A stretch of 64,000 bases of DNA from Nitrospinota bacterium (GCA_027619975.1 JAQCGX010000009.1:5813-69812); one strand, 5' to 3'; shown: positions 39,699-51,716, counted from the stretch's first letter. Program-made: numbers and translations. The notes: generated by a model not told the origin, from the sequence alone.

Positions 39699-39983
39699 TT
39701 ATTCGTCTTCGTCGTTAACAGCTTGTTTAAAATGCTTTCCTGATTTAAAGCGAACCACTTTTCGTGCGGTAATTTCTGCTTCTTCACCGGTTTTTGGATT
39801 TCGCCCAACGCGGCTGGTTTTAGCTCTGACCTGGAACGTTCCAAATCGGCGCAAAATCACAGGCTCACCATGACCAAGAGATTCTTTGATCAATTCGATT
39901 ACAGTTTCAACAGCCTCTTCTGCTTTAGATCTGGACAAATCTGCCCTGGAAGAAACCTGATTAATAATATCTTGCTTGGTCAT
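39699..39983 (-). CDS. HU/IHF family DNA-binding protein
   Basis: 94 aa with FGTFQVRAKTSRVGRNPKTGEEAEITARKVVRFKSG, the typical HU/IHF arm. The SD GGAGGAG lies upstream. Confidence 0.88.
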   Translation of the reverse strand: MTKQDIINQVSSRADLSRSKAEEAVETVIELIKESLGHGEPVILRRFGTFQVRAKTSRVGRNPKTGEEAEITARKVVRFKSGKHFKQAVNDEDE

Positions 39984-40567
39984 GACTCCTCCTTGCGAAA
40001 AAAAACGATTTTTTAATTTTCTTGAATCACTTATGGCCGAACGGAAAAAAAATATTTTAAAGTTTCAGCGTACTCTGACACTCAAACGGCTATGCTACTT
40101 TTAACCTCTTCGGATAAGTAGCTTCCCCTTGCAATTTACAAGAAAAACAAGAAAAATCTGAGTTCCGAATTCCATCCCGTTTTAAAAAGAACGGAACCTT
40201 ATCAGCAATAGCTTCTTGGCCCCGTCGGCTCGGTTCTGCTTTAAGATTAAATTAAGATGCGATGTAGCTACTTTACCACTTATATTAAAAATATCAATAC
40301 CTTATTGACATTTTTATTCAGTTTTCACCCTACCGATTATTTTTCAAATAATTATCATTAAATTCCTTTAATGAAGTAAACAGAAACTACCCACCCTAAA
40401 GTATTGGTAAACCGTAACTTCTGTTAAAGGCCCTTCAATGATTAACCGTATACAACCATTATACACTAACTATTTGAATTTTAATGAGTTTTTTTGTTTT
40501 TTTTAAATCTAAAGAAAAAGCTATGTGAGGGAAATTTAAAAGATTTTAACGGGGAGAAATTCTGAGA

Positions 40568-40873
40568 TCAGTTATTTTTTTGAGGGAGGGCGGTATTACG
40601 TACAATTTGATAAACGGTCTCTCCTGGTTTGACCCAGTTTAATTTCTCACGAGCGATCTTTTCAATCGCCAGAGAGTTAAACTTCAAGCCTTCTATTTCT
40701 TTGCGGATTTTAAGGTTGTTTTCGTGCAGCGTCTTGTTGCTTTGATTCATTTCCGCCATTTGATCCTGCAACTTAAATACCTGTAAAATGCCTTCATCAT
40801 GAAATACGGCAACCAACACCAACAACGCAAAAAATGAGAAGGTCAGCAATAGAATTTGATGATAACGCGCCAT
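40568..40873 (-). CDS. ftsB: septum formation initiator (FtsB/DivIC family)
   Basis: 101 aa with an N-terminal TM helix, a coiled coil, and IEKIAREKLNWVKPGE. It is immediately downstream of eno, as in many bacteria. Confidence 0.75.
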   Translation of the reverse strand: MARYHQILLLTFSFFALLVLVAVFHDEGILQVFKLQDQMAEMNQSNKTLHENNLKIRKEIEGLKFNSLAIEKIAREKLNWVKPGETVYQIVRNTALPQKNN

Positions 40874-40896
40874 AAGTACCCCTGCTAACCGCTAAA

Positions 40897-42189
<1,293 letters not shown>

Positions 42190-42226
42190 TTATCCCTGTT
42201 GGTTACTCGTATCATAGATTATTACT

Positions 42227-43522
42227 CTATCCCCTGGCCTTTTTCAAAGCAACAAAATTAGCTTCAATTGTTTGATTTATATCATCTTGTGTGTGTACGG
42301 CGGACATAAATCCGGATTCAAACTGTGAAGGAGCAATGTAAATCCCCGCATCCAGCATGGCGTTAAAGTAGCGTTTGAAAAATTCAGTGTCACATGTTTT
42401 TACGGAATGGAAATCAACAATTTCTTCGCTGGTAAAAAACATGGAAAACATGGCCCCCACGCGGGTGAAACGGGCATGAATCCCCAGTTTCTGAACATTA
42501 TCCTTGAACCCGGCGCACAACTTTTCAGATTTTGCTTCGAGATCCTCATAAACCCCTGGAGCGGACAGAAGCTCCAGCATTTTAATGCCTGCGGCCATGG
42601 CCAGAGGATTGCCCGAAAGCGTTCCCGCCTGGTAGATGGAACCCGTTGGGGAAACCTGATCCATGATCTCTTTGGTTCCACCATAGGCTCCCACAGGCAA
42701 TCCACCGCCTATAATTTTCCCCAGACAAGTGAGGTCCGGCAGGATATCGTAAAGCTCCTGAGCCCCTCCCAGGCCCACCCTGAACCCGGAAATCACTTCA
42801 TCAAAAATCAACAGGGTGCCAGAACGACGGGTCACATCGCGGAGGGTTTGCAGAAACCCCGGTTGCGGGGGAACCACTCCCATATTGCCGGCAATCGGCT
42901 CAACAATGATGCAGGCGATTTCATCGCCCTGTTCGGCAAACAGATTGTCCACACTGGAGGAATCATTATAGGGAAGGGTCAAAGTATTTTTGGCGAGATC
43001 AGCCACAATACCCGGACATTCTGGAATTCCCAGAGACATCAGGCCGGAGCCGGCTTTGACCAACATACTGTCGGCATGACCGTGATAACAGCCTTCAAAT
43101 TTCAGAATTTTGTCTCGCCCGGTGATCCCACGGGCCAGGCGAATGGCGCTCATCACGGCTTCCGTACCGGAATTCACCATACGCACCACATCCATGGAAG
43201 GAACCGCCTGCACGACCTTTTCAGCCAAGATGATTTCCAGCTTTGTCGGTGCGCCAAAACTGGTTCCCAACCCCGCCTGATGGCGGATCGCTTCCACAAT
43301 TTCAGGATGGGCGTGGCCAAAAATCAAGGGCCCCCAGGATGAAACATAGTCGATGAACTCACTGCCATCGACATCTGTTATTCGGGCGCCTTGGCCTTTT
43401 TTAATGAACAGGGGATGCCCCCCGACCGCTTTAAACGCACGAACCGGGCTGTTGACGCCTCCTGGCATTACACTCTGGGCGCGCGAAAATAATTCTTCAG
43501 ATTTGGATCGATTCAAAGTCAC
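42227..43522 (-). CDS. hemL: glutamate-1-semialdehyde 2,1-aminomutase
   Basis: 431 aa with GGVNSPVRAF, FDEVISGFRV, and LGKIIGGGLPVGAYGG (PLP Lys). Confidence 0.95.
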   Translation of the reverse strand: MTLNRSKSEELFSRAQSVMPGGVNSPVRAFKAVGGHPLFIKKGQGARITDVDGSEFIDYVSSWGPLIFGHAHPEIVEAIRHQAGLGTSFGAPTKLEIILAEKVVQAVPSMDVVRMVNSGTEAVMSAIRLARGITGRDKILKFEGCYHGHADSMLVKAGSGLMSLGIPECPGIVADLAKNTLTLPYNDSSSVDNLFAEQGDEIACIIVEPIAGNMGVVPPQPGFLQTLRDVTRRSGTLLIFDEVISGFRVGLGGAQELYDILPDLTCLGKIIGGGLPVGAYGGTKEIMDQVSPTGSIYQAGTLSGNPLAMAAGIKMLELLSAPGVYEDLEAKSEKLCAGFKDNVQKLGIHARFTRVGAMFSMFFTSEEIVDFHSVKTCDTEFFKRYFNAMLDAGIYIAPSQFESGFMSAVHTQDDINQTIEANFVALKKARG

Positions 43523-44361
43523 ATCTCAAATAAAATTGATAAATCTTTTTTAAGTTTCTCGGGGATCAGCTTTTTGTCGGTAACAATGGCATGAGTTGCC
43601 GCAGACGCACACGAGCAGGAAGGAGAACCTGTCAAATTTGCCACCAGTTCCTTGACCGCTATCTGGGCTTTTTCCACATTCTCACCCATGATCTGCAAGA
43701 CCGCTTCCAGGGTGACCGGCTCCTCCTCCACCAGCCAGCAATCGAAATCGGTGACCAGAGCCAACGTGGCATAACAGAGCCCCGCTTCGCGCGCCAGTTT
43801 GGCTTCGGTCACGTTGGTCATACCGATGATGTCTACGCCCCATGACCGATACAAATTCGATTCTGCGCGGGTGGAAAATTGTGGACCCTCGATACAAATA
43901 TAAGTGCCGCCTGCATGCACTTCAGTACCGGTTTTTTTTGCGGAATCGGTCAATACCTTGGCGAGGTCCGGGCAAATGGGATCTGCCAGACTCACGTGTC
44001 CCACCAGGCCTTGAGTAAAAAACGTGCTGATTCGGCGGGTCGTCCTATCAATGAATTGATCGGGAACCGAAAAGTGACCCGGCTTTAATTCTTCTTTCAT
44101 GCTACCGACCGCACTCACAGACAGGATGCGCTCCACGCCGATTTTCTTCATGGCAAAAATATTGGCGCGAAAGTTGATCTCAGAAGGTGGAATGAAGTGG
44201 CCCGTCCCGTGGCGGGGCAAAAATGCCAGTCGCACCCCCATCAATTCTCCCAAAATAATATCGTCCGAAGGAGGGCCGTACGGTGTTTCCACCTTTACTT
44301 TTTCCAGAACTTTCAACTCCTTCATGTGATACAGACCGCTCCCGCCTATAATTCCAAGCAT
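43519..44361 (-). CDS. mtnP: S-methyl-5'-thioadenosine phosphorylase
   Basis: 280 aa with IIGGSGLY, FLPRHGTGHFIPPSEINFRANI, and GMTNVTEAKLAREAG. It overlaps the hemL start by 4 nt. Confidence 0.88.
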   Translation of the reverse strand: MLGIIGGSGLYHMKELKVLEKVKVETPYGPPSDDIILGELMGVRLAFLPRHGTGHFIPPSEINFRANIFAMKKIGVERILSVSAVGSMKEELKPGHFSVPDQFIDRTTRRISTFFTQGLVGHVSLADPICPDLAKVLTDSAKKTGTEVHAGGTYICIEGPQFSTRAESNLYRSWGVDIIGMTNVTEAKLAREAGLCYATLALVTDFDCWLVEEEPVTLEAVLQIMGENVEKAQIAVKELVANLTGSPSCSCASAATHAIVTDKKLIPEKLKKDLSILFEM

Positions 44362-44401
44362 TTCGCCTCACTCAAAAAATATTCTTTATATAACGCCGTT
44401 A

Positions 44402-46153
44402 TTAACTGTCATCTTCCTCTGAACTTTGTTTGACCTTGTTCACCTGGCTCAAAAGAAATTTCAATTCAGCGATCTGCTCACCTGCCACCCGTATGGTGGC
44501 TTTTTCTTTGTTCAAACTTTGAATTTTCATGTTCACGTCTTCAGCGATCAGGTTCAGGTTACTCAACCGCTTATCGACATCATTCAACAACCCAATCTTA
44601 TTGTTCAGAATATCAATCTTGATCTCAGCTTCCTCGGTGACCGAGTTCAGCTTGTCTATATTGAGATTGATCTTGTTCATGTTTTCCCGTTCTTTGTCAA
44701 TCCGGTCTTTTTCCGAGTTGACTCGGGCAATGACATTATCCAGTTTAGCCAGAGCCACCTCGGTTTCCCGGACTTTATCTTCACTGGCGACCACCTGTTT
44801 GATCCTTTTTTCCACTTGGGCCGTCAAATTGTTAAGGTGCTCTATCTTCTGTTCCGCTCGGACGATGAGCTCCTCTTTATCGTCCAAAACTTCCTGTCGC
44901 AATTTCAGATCTTTTAAAACATTGTCAAGCTCCGAAAGCTTACTTTCTACAGTCAGAACCTTTAATGTTTCCTGGCTCAGATCTTCCACCTTACTTGCAA
45001 AGTTGCTGGACACCTCTCCCAGCTCTTCCCTAATCTGGCTGATTTGGTTGTTTTCCTCTTTTGCATCCGTAAGGTCTTTAAACCTGGATCGCAATTCAGT
45101 TTCCAATATGCTGTGTTTGGTAGCCAGGCTGTTCATTCTCTTTTCTTGAGCATCAATGGCGGATTTTTCCTTGGCAATGTCCAGAATCTTTTCCTCCACC
45201 GTATTGGACATCGCTTTCAAACTCTCCAGCTTGGTGTCCAATTTGTCCAGAAAATCGATCTTCTTGCTGACTTTGGCGATTTTGATATTGGCTTCTTCGA
45301 TGAAGAAATCCAGTCCATCCACTTTTTTCTCCAGCTTTTCGATCAAGGCCTTTCTTTGCATCTGAGTTTCCATCTTGACATCCAGACTGATGACCATAGA
45401 GCTGAGATCATTGATTTTCTTGTCCACTTGATCTACGAGGTTTTGCTTGCGAATGATCTCATCCATCTGCAGGCGAGTGGATTCGCTGACGGACTCAATT
45501 TGCTGAAGAATGGCGCCGACAGAGTCCAGTTTTTCAATTTCGCCATCCAAACGTTTGACCTTTTGTTCCGCTTCATCGGGCATCTGGTTGAACCGGTTCA
45601 TTTTTTCATTAGCGACATCAATATTTCTCATTTCCTCTTTCAGGAGAATCATTTTGTTGCTCAGATTGTCCATGAGGAAAGAATTCAGCTTGTTGATTTT
45701 TTCTTCCGTTTTTTCGATAACTACTTTCTCATCCAAAATTCGGGAAATTTTAGTCTCGACATCAACGGATAAAGCATCAAGATCTCTCAATCGACCGCTT
45801 ATGCTACGGATCATCTCATTTTTAACGCATATGTTTTTCGATTCTACTTTCAGGTCGCTGATTTCCTGACTGAGCTTGTTTAAAGAATCATGCGTTTCAC
45901 GGACAATGTGGCTCTTCCCCAGCAGGGATTCATAATCATCTTTCACCACTTCCAACGTCCGCTTCAAATCCTCCGTATCTCTTGTGTAATTTTTAATTGC
46001 CTCTTTTTCCTGGAGAATGGTGGCAAAGCGGGAATCGAGTTCCACCAGGGCGGTTTTCATTTCCGACACTTTTAACGAGCCGGTTTTCATCATCTCTTTA
46101 AAACTGACAACTTCATCCACCTTGTCAGACACGCTGTTTAGCATGTTTTCCAA
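44402..46153 (-). CDS. long coiled-coil repeat protein (C-terminal ORF of a probably split gene)
   Basis: 583 aa, extremely K/E/L/N rich, with a recurring K-I-x-x-L-N/D heptad-type pattern. The reading frame stays open upstream of its start (AQTGSINRLENML). Confidence 0.6.
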   Translation of the reverse strand: MENMLNSVSDKVDEVVSFKEMMKTGSLKVSEMKTALVELDSRFATILQEKEAIKNYTRDTEDLKRTLEVVKDDYESLLGKSHIVRETHDSLNKLSQEISDLKVESKNICVKNEMIRSISGRLRDLDALSVDVETKISRILDEKVVIEKTEEKINKLNSFLMDNLSNKMILLKEEMRNIDVANEKMNRFNQMPDEAEQKVKRLDGEIEKLDSVGAILQQIESVSESTRLQMDEIIRKQNLVDQVDKKINDLSSMVISLDVKMETQMQRKALIEKLEKKVDGLDFFIEEANIKIAKVSKKIDFLDKLDTKLESLKAMSNTVEEKILDIAKEKSAIDAQEKRMNSLATKHSILETELRSRFKDLTDAKEENNQISQIREELGEVSSNFASKVEDLSQETLKVLTVESKLSELDNVLKDLKLRQEVLDDKEELIVRAEQKIEHLNNLTAQVEKRIKQVVASEDKVRETEVALAKLDNVIARVNSEKDRIDKERENMNKINLNIDKLNSVTEEAEIKIDILNNKIGLLNDVDKRLSNLNLIAEDVNMKIQSLNKEKATIRVAGEQIAELKFLLSQVNKVKQSSEEDDS

Positions 46154-46697
46154 CCGGTTGATGCTCCCGGTCTGCGCCCTTGATCAGCTTATTTTTATCC
46201 TTGAGCTTTTTGATTTTAGAGTCCATGTCCCAGATGAGGACATTGAGCCGCCCGGCATCATCATTGGCTTTTTCCACAAGCCCTCTTTGCTGATGCAAAC
46301 TTTTGATCTTATGATCGACATGCTCGCTGAGCAAATGCAACTCATCCAACTCCCGCTTCAAGACGTTGTAGTTGGACTCCAGCTCCTTGGAAACCTTCTG
46401 AAAGTCCCTGACCCGCACATCAATGGTTTTGACTTCCTGAAAACGGTCATTAAACATACTGAGTTTATTCAGGGTGTCTGGAACCTGGCTTTCAATTTTT
46501 TCAAAAAAGTGTTTTTTATCCTCCAATTCCTCGCTTTTACGCTCAAAGTATTCCACGAGCAATTGCAGGTTCTTGCGTTCGTGCGCAGCAACCTCCAATA
46601 AACCTTTAAACTCTGTCACATTAAAATTTGCGGGGCTGGCTGGATTTTCCTGGCCGGATGCGCCTTCCGGCCGGTTTTGCTTGGCATCTTCTGACAT
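46125..46697 (-). CDS. coiled-coil protein (N-terminal ORF of the same probable gene)
   Basis: 190 aa with the same composition. It overlaps the next ORF by 29 nt in a different frame, and its last 14 residues break the coiled-coil pattern. Confidence 0.55.
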   Translation of the reverse strand: MSEDAKQNRPEGASGQENPASPANFNVTEFKGLLEVAAHERKNLQLLVEYFERKSEELEDKKHFFEKIESQVPDTLNKLSMFNDRFQEVKTIDVRVRDFQKVSKELESNYNVLKRELDELHLLSEHVDHKIKSLHQQRGLVEKANDDAGRLNVLIWDMDSKIKKLKDKNKLIKGADREHQPVGKHAKQRV

Positions 46698-46855
46698 GGT
46701 TGGATTCCTTGAAGGTAGATTCGAGTCGAGGAAAAATTAAGTGACTTGCTTCAATAAGTGGCTTTTATATATACAATTAGTGCTTGCTTAATGTCAAGAT
46801 TAAGTCAGGCGGGAAAAGGGGATGGCTGCCCCCTGATTTTTTGATTTACAGTGAA

Positions 46856-47878
46856 CTACGGCCGTCCAAGAATCAATTCTACAATTTGAATCGCATTCAG
46901 GGCCGCCCCTTTTCTCAAATTATCCGATACCACCCAGAAGTTGATCGCATTTTCTTTGGAAATATCGTTACGCAACCGGCCCACAAACACAGCGTCTTTT
47001 CCTTCCGCATCAATTGCCAATGGGTACTCGTTTTTTTGCGGGTCATCCACGACACAAATTCCTGGAAAACTGGCCAATAATTTTTTAACGTCTTCAGCCC
47101 GGATGGGTTTTTCGGTTTCGACATTCACGGATTCCGAGTGTGAATAAAAAACGGGAACGCGAACGGTGGTTGGCGAAACCTGAATGGAATCGTCCCCAAG
47201 AATCTTTCTGGTTTCGTTCACCATTTTCATTTCTTCTTTTGTGTAACCGTTCTCCATAAAAACATCTATTTGCGGAATACAGTTAAAACCAATCTGATGG
47301 GGATACACCTGCTTGTCAATTTCCTTGTCATCCAAAATATTCCGGGTTTGTTGCACCAGTTCGGCAATGGCTTTCTGCCCCGAACCGGAAACCGATTGAT
47401 AGGTGGAGACCACCACCCGTTTGATCTGGTATCTGGCATGAATCGGATAAAGCGCGAGGACCATTTGAATCGTTGAACAATTGGGATTAGCGATGATTCC
47501 GGGCTGGTCGCCGATGGCGTGGGGGTTCACTTCTGGAACGACCAGAGGAACGTCCTTATCCATCCGATACGCACTGCTATTATCGACCAAAATGCAACCG
47601 GCTTTGACCGCACTGGGGGCGAACTGCAGGCTGACGGAGGCTCCGGCTGAAAACAGGGCAAAATCCAGACCCGCAAATGAATCTTCCGTCAGCACTTCCA
47701 CTTCGATGGATTGACCGTTAAAGGGCAAAACCTGCCCTGCCGACCGAGCGGAGGCCAAAAGCGATAATCGATCCACCGGAAATTTTCTCTCCTCCAATAT
47801 GGAAATCATTCTTCGCCCAACGGCACCGGTGGCGCCCACCACACCGATGTTATATTTATCTTTTTTCTTAAAAGCCAT
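46856..47878 (-). CDS. asd: aspartate-semialdehyde dehydrogenase
   Basis: The likely start is [21 protein letters not shown] at 47878. It has IANPNCSTI with the catalytic Cys. The start overlaps the leuB stop by 11 nt. Confidence 0.92.
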   Translation of the reverse strand: MAFKKKDKYNIGVVGATGAVGRRMISILEERKFPVDRLSLLASARSAGQVLPFNGQSIEVEVLTEDSFAGLDFALFSAGASVSLQFAPSAVKAGCILVDNSSAYRMDKDVPLVVPEVNPHAIGDQPGIIANPNCSTIQMVLALYPIHARYQIKRVVVSTYQSVSGSGQKAIAELVQQTRNILDDKEIDKQVYPHQIGFNCIPQIDVFMENGYTKEEMKMVNETRKILGDDSIQVSPTTVRVPVFYSHSESVNVETEKPIRAEDVKKLLASFPGICVVDDPQKNEYPLAIDAEGKDAVFVGRLRNDISKENAINFWVVSDNLRKGAALNAIQIVELILGRP

Positions 47879-48959
47879 TGCTCTCCATTTCCTTGACCAC
47901 AAGGTCACCCATTTCCGAAGTCCCCACTTCCTTCATTCCCTGGGACATGATATCCGCCGTCCGGTATCCCTGGTTCAAAACCGATTCAACGGCTCTTTCT
48001 ATCCATTGATCGGGTTCCTCCTGATTGAAGGAATATTTAAACATCATCCCGACAGAAAGAATCGTGGCCAGTGGATTGGCTTTGCCCTGCCCTGCAATAT
48101 CCGGGGCACTGCCATGAATGGGCTCATACATCCCGGTGTCTCCACCCACGCTGGCGGAAGGCAGCATTCCTATAGAACCTGTCAGCATAGAGGCTTCGTC
48201 GCTCAAAATATCTCCAAACATGTTGGTGGTGACGATGACATCAAACTGTTTGGGATTGCGAACCAGCTGCATGGCGCAATTATCCACGTACATATGCTGT
48301 AGCTCGACATCCGCATAATCCTTATGGATCTCGGTGACGACTTCACGCCACAATCCGGTGGCTTCCAGGACATTGGCTTTATCCACGGACATGACCTTCT
48401 TATTTCTTTTTTGCGCCACTTCAAAGGCGATGCGGGCGATGCGCTCGATTTCCATTTCGTTGTAAACCAGGGTATTCCTTCCTTCGCGGGTGCCATCGGC
48501 CAGGGTTTGGATGCCCCGTGGCTCGCCAAAGTAAATGCCTCCGGTCAATTCCCGCACCACGAGAATATCCAGCCCTTCCACGACTTCCCGCTTCAAGGTG
48601 GAAGCCTCGACCAGGGCTGGAAATATTTTTGCAGGACGCAGATTGGCATAAAGTTTCAGAGAAGATCGCAGTCCCAGCAAGGCTCTTTCCGGACGCAGGG
48701 AAAAGTCCAGTTTTTCCCATTTGGGTCCCCCCACCGCGCCAAGCAGAACCGCATCTGAATTTTTAGCGGCTGCTAAGGACTCTTCTGGCAATGGGTGACC
48801 GGTAGCCTCGTATCCTGCGCCGCCTACAGGAACAGAGTCCATCTCAATTGTTAAATCCAGCCTGGACTCCAGAATTTTTAAAATTTTTACCGCTTCCCGC
48901 ACGACTTCCGGGCCGATACCATCCCCCGGTAAAAGAGCAATTTTGTATTTTTCCTTCAT
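47868..48959 (-). CDS. leuB: 3-isopropylmalate dehydrogenase
   Basis: 363 aa with [19 protein letters not shown], and [25 protein letters not shown]. Confidence 0.95.
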   Translation of the reverse strand: MKEKYKIALLPGDGIGPEVVREAVKILKILESRLDLTIEMDSVPVGGAGYEATGHPLPEESLAAAKNSDAVLLGAVGGPKWEKLDFSLRPERALLGLRSSLKLYANLRPAKIFPALVEASTLKREVVEGLDILVVRELTGGIYFGEPRGIQTLADGTREGRNTLVYNEMEIERIARIAFEVAQKRNKKVMSVDKANVLEATGLWREVVTEIHKDYADVELQHMYVDNCAMQLVRNPKQFDVIVTTNMFGDILSDEASMLTGSIGMLPSASVGGDTGMYEPIHGSAPDIAGQGKANPLATILSVGMMFKYSFNQEEPDQWIERAVESVLNQGYRTADIMSQGMKEVGTSEMGDLVVKEMESNGF

Positions 48960-49230
48960 CGGTACAATTCCCCGTCCTTGTTATTGATTGTTTCCTGGGA
49001 TTAAAGGGTTCTCCCCTACCCTCGATCAAGGGTGAATGGCAAGAGTCCTGTCTAACGGCAACCACACTGGCCGTCAAAGGGGGTGAACCCCGGCAAGTAT
49101 AGCGGCATTAAACTCATTGTAAATATTTTTTTTTGCCTTATTATACTCTCCTCGGAGCGTAGTTTTATTGGAAATTTTCACGATTTGAAACCCTTTCCAC
49201 CCCTATAATTTTTCTCCTCCCTCGTCTCCA

Positions 49231-49998
49231 ATGATAAATGGAAAACGCATCGCCGTGGTCATGCCGGCGTATAACGCCGAAAAGACGCTCCTGAAAACCT
49301 ATCAGGAAATTCCCAAAGGCGTGGTGGACGAAGTCATCCTCACCGACGACGCCAGCCAGGACAATACCGTTAAAGTCGCCGAGGAACTCAATATAACCAC
49401 TTTGGCTCATTCTAAAAATATGGGCTATGGGGCCAACCAGAAAACCTGCTATCAGGAAGCTGTTCGCAGAAATTGCGATATCGTCATCATGTTGCACCCG
49501 GACTACCAGTACACGCCGAAACTCATAACGGCCATGGCCTCCATGATCGCTGAGGGAGTGTTCGATGTGGTGATCGGGTCCCGAATCCTCGGGAATAAGG
49601 CAATGGCGGGAGGCATGCCGGTTTACAAATATTTCTCGAACCGATTTTTAACCGGTGTTGAAAACTTTATCATCAATCAGAAATTATCTGAATACCACAC
49701 CGGCTACCGGGCATTCAGCCGGGAAGTATTGACCACTATTCCTCTATTGGAAAATTCGGATGATTTCGTTTTCGACAATGAAATGCTTTTACAAACTTTA
49801 TATTTCGACTTTAACGTCGGGGAAGTCTCCTGCCCCGCTAAGTATTTCGAAGAAGCCTCATCCATCAGTTTTAGAAGAAGCGTTAAATACGGTCTAGAAG
49901 TTCTTAAAACTGCGACAAAATATTTTCTTGCGAAAAGGGGATTGAAATCCTTTCCTATTTTTGACCCCAACGGGCGAAAACTGACAACTGATCTATAA
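49231..49998 (+). CDS. family 2 glycosyltransferase
   Basis: 255 aa with IAVVMPAYNAEKTL, ILTDDASQDNT, and the MLHPDYQY pattern. Confidence 0.8.
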   Translation: MINGKRIAVVMPAYNAEKTLLKTYQEIPKGVVDEVILTDDASQDNTVKVAEELNITTLAHSKNMGYGANQKTCYQEAVRRNCDIVIMLHPDYQYTPKLITAMASMIAEGVFDVVIGSRILGNKAMAGGMPVYKYFSNRFLTGVENFIINQKLSEYHTGYRAFSREVLTTIPLLENSDDFVFDNEMLLQTLYFDFNVGEVSCPAKYFEEASSISFRRSVKYGLEVLKTATKYFLAKRGLKSFPIFDPNGRKLTTDL

Positions 49999-50106
49999 GG
50001 GTAATTTACCAGAAACCAGGAATAATCACGCCCTCCCTGTTCTCCTAGTTATTAAGATAGTCTTCTTTTTAAGTTTCAATATTCAATCTGCAATAAGGTG
50101 AAATTT

Positions 50107-50745
50107 ATGACTAAGTTTTTTTCAAACTCCCGAATCATCCTGCTCGTCTTGTTTTTTTCCACCCTCATGGGCGCAGAAGCCTGGGCTTTTGGTCAATTGA
50201 CGCTGATCGCCAAAACGGAGGACGGCAAAGTCAAAATATCGCTCATTGAAGAAGAGGGCCGTTATTTTGGTGACATCCGGGAAGGCCTCACCGTCCTGAC
50301 ACCCCTACAATTCATCCAGCAACCTAAATATCTAAAAATTGGTATTGGGGAGCAGGACTATACTATTGAGCGCTGGGAACTGGGGAAGTACATCAGTTAT
50401 GGCGGCGTCATTCAGGACGAAAGGGGAATTTCCGCGCAAGCGGAATTTGACGGACCGAAATTGACGATTTCGGGAACCATCGAAGATGAAAGAAATTCCC
50501 TCGTCGATTTTGAAGTCATCGCCAATGATAAAAAGGGTTCTTTGGAATTGCATTGGGGAGCTAAATACCTGTTCCTGAATAAAATCGCCGATAAAAAACC
50601 GGGTGGTTGCCACGGCGGACTGATCAAGGAAGATCTGGCAAAACTGGGCGGCTTCTGGTGTTCCAGTTCAGGAAGCCTGGAAGACGTTTTTTTCACCGAT
50701 CCGGATCAGATTCTTGCGTGGATCGTGGCGTTATTTGTTAAGTAA
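50107..50745 (+). CDS. hypothetical secreted protein
   Basis: It has a signal peptide (ILLVLFFSTLMGAEAWA). I recognise no family. The ORF track start at 50098 is a GTG; the ATG at 50107 is chosen here. Confidence 0.45.
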   Translation: MTKFFSNSRIILLVLFFSTLMGAEAWAFGQLTLIAKTEDGKVKISLIEEEGRYFGDIREGLTVLTPLQFIQQPKYLKIGIGEQDYTIERWELGKYISYGGVIQDERGISAQAEFDGPKLTISGTIEDERNSLVDFEVIANDKKGSLELHWGAKYLFLNKIADKKPGGCHGGLIKEDLAKLGGFWCSSSGSLEDVFFTDPDQILAWIVALFVK

Positions 50746-50796
50746 AGATTAAAATAAAGATCTCTGGCAGTCCGGCTTTTAGGAACTACTCCTTTC

Positions 50797-51543
50797 TTAT
50801 TCCTCATCATAAAAAACCTTGACCAGACAAAGCCCATAAGGTCTGGCTGTGGGTCCGGCATTTTTCCGGTCGCGGGATTCCAGAATGGTTTTGATCTGTT
50901 CGGGTTTGATCTTATTTCGGCCTACTTGCACCAGGGTTCCGACAATATTACGGACCATGTATTTTAGAAATCCGTTGCCATCGCAATGGATAATTATAAA
51001 ATCCCCATCCTGCTCAATATCGATTGAATTGATTTCGCGCACCGGGTTCCTGGCTTCACAGTTGGAGGCCCTAAACGCTGTAAAATCGTGTTTGCCTTCC
51101 AGATAATTTTTCGCCTGGCGCATGGCTTCGATATTTAGGTGATATTGAATGAACAAGCATCGGTTGTGTTGCAGGGCAGAGGGATATTGCCGGTTTAATA
51201 TCGTGTAGCGGTATATTTTTCGTTTGGCTGATCTTTGTGCGTGAAAGGTGTCTGGAACCTCATCCACCTGTTTGATGACGATATCGTGGGGCAACAGACT
51301 ATTAAAGGCCATCAGGAATTGCTGCGCTGTCATCTTTGAAATGGTCTCGAAATGAGCCGCCTGTGCTTCCGCATGAACTCCGGCATCGGTTCTGCCTGAT
51401 CCGATGACCGGCCGTTCTTCGCCGGTTATCTTTTTTAAGCAATTCTGGAGAACTTCCTGAATGGTGATGCCGTTGAGCTGTACCTGCCACCCGTGGTAAC
51501 GGGTCCCGTCATATTCGATGATGAGTTTAAATTTCCTGGTCAA
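50797..51543 (-). CDS. truA: tRNA pseudouridine(38-40) synthase
   Basis: 248 aa with YDGTRYHGWQVQ, GSGRTDAGVHA (catalytic Asp), and GNGFLKYMVRNIVG. Confidence 0.93.
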   Translation of the reverse strand: MTRKFKLIIEYDGTRYHGWQVQLNGITIQEVLQNCLKKITGEERPVIGSGRTDAGVHAEAQAAHFETISKMTAQQFLMAFNSLLPHDIVIKQVDEVPDTFHAQRSAKRKIYRYTILNRQYPSALQHNRCLFIQYHLNIEAMRQAKNYLEGKHDFTAFRASNCEARNPVREINSIDIEQDGDFIIIHCDGNGFLKYMVRNIVGTLVQVGRNKIKPEQIKTILESRDRKNAGPTARPYGLCLVKVFYDEE

Positions 51544-51572
51544 AAATTATTCCTTCCCGGAAAATATGCAAT

Positions 51573-51607
51573 AAAAAACGCGTTACATGCTTCGTAACGC
51601 GTTTTTT
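51573..51607 (-). terminator. rho-independent (bidirectional-looking) terminator of micro-gene copy 1
   Basis: aacgcgttac-atgcttc-gtaacgcgtt is a 10-bp perfect stem flanked by A6 and T6 runs. It ends about 30 nt upstream of the truA start. Confidence 0.75.
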
Positions 51608-51674
51608 CTCTTTTTAAGCCCCGAGGCCAATCCCCACTCGGGTATGTCCAGGATTATAGATGGACTTTTTAATT

Positions 51675-51716
51675 TTATTTTTTAACTCCCTTGAAAGGTG
51701 GACTTGCTTCTACCAT
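51675..51716 (-). CDS. 13-codon micro-ORF MVEASPPFKGVKK
   Basis: The ATG is 5 nt after AGGAGG. The first 9 codons are shared with copy 2, including a synonymous Pro change. Confidence 0.4.
   Translation of the reverse strand: MVEASPPFKGVKK

Noticed and set aside
42407-43342. 311-aa ORF on the plus strand
   Set aside because: It is entirely antisense to hemL, whose product has unmistakable family motifs. Its translation is low-complexity and Gly/His/Arg-rich, as expected for a shadow ORF.
44426-46601. Several 160-240-aa plus-strand ORFs
   Set aside because: They are antisense to the coiled-coil genes. The repetitive codon composition of the real genes keeps the opposite strand open. The translations are Phe/Leu/Ser-rich with no motifs.
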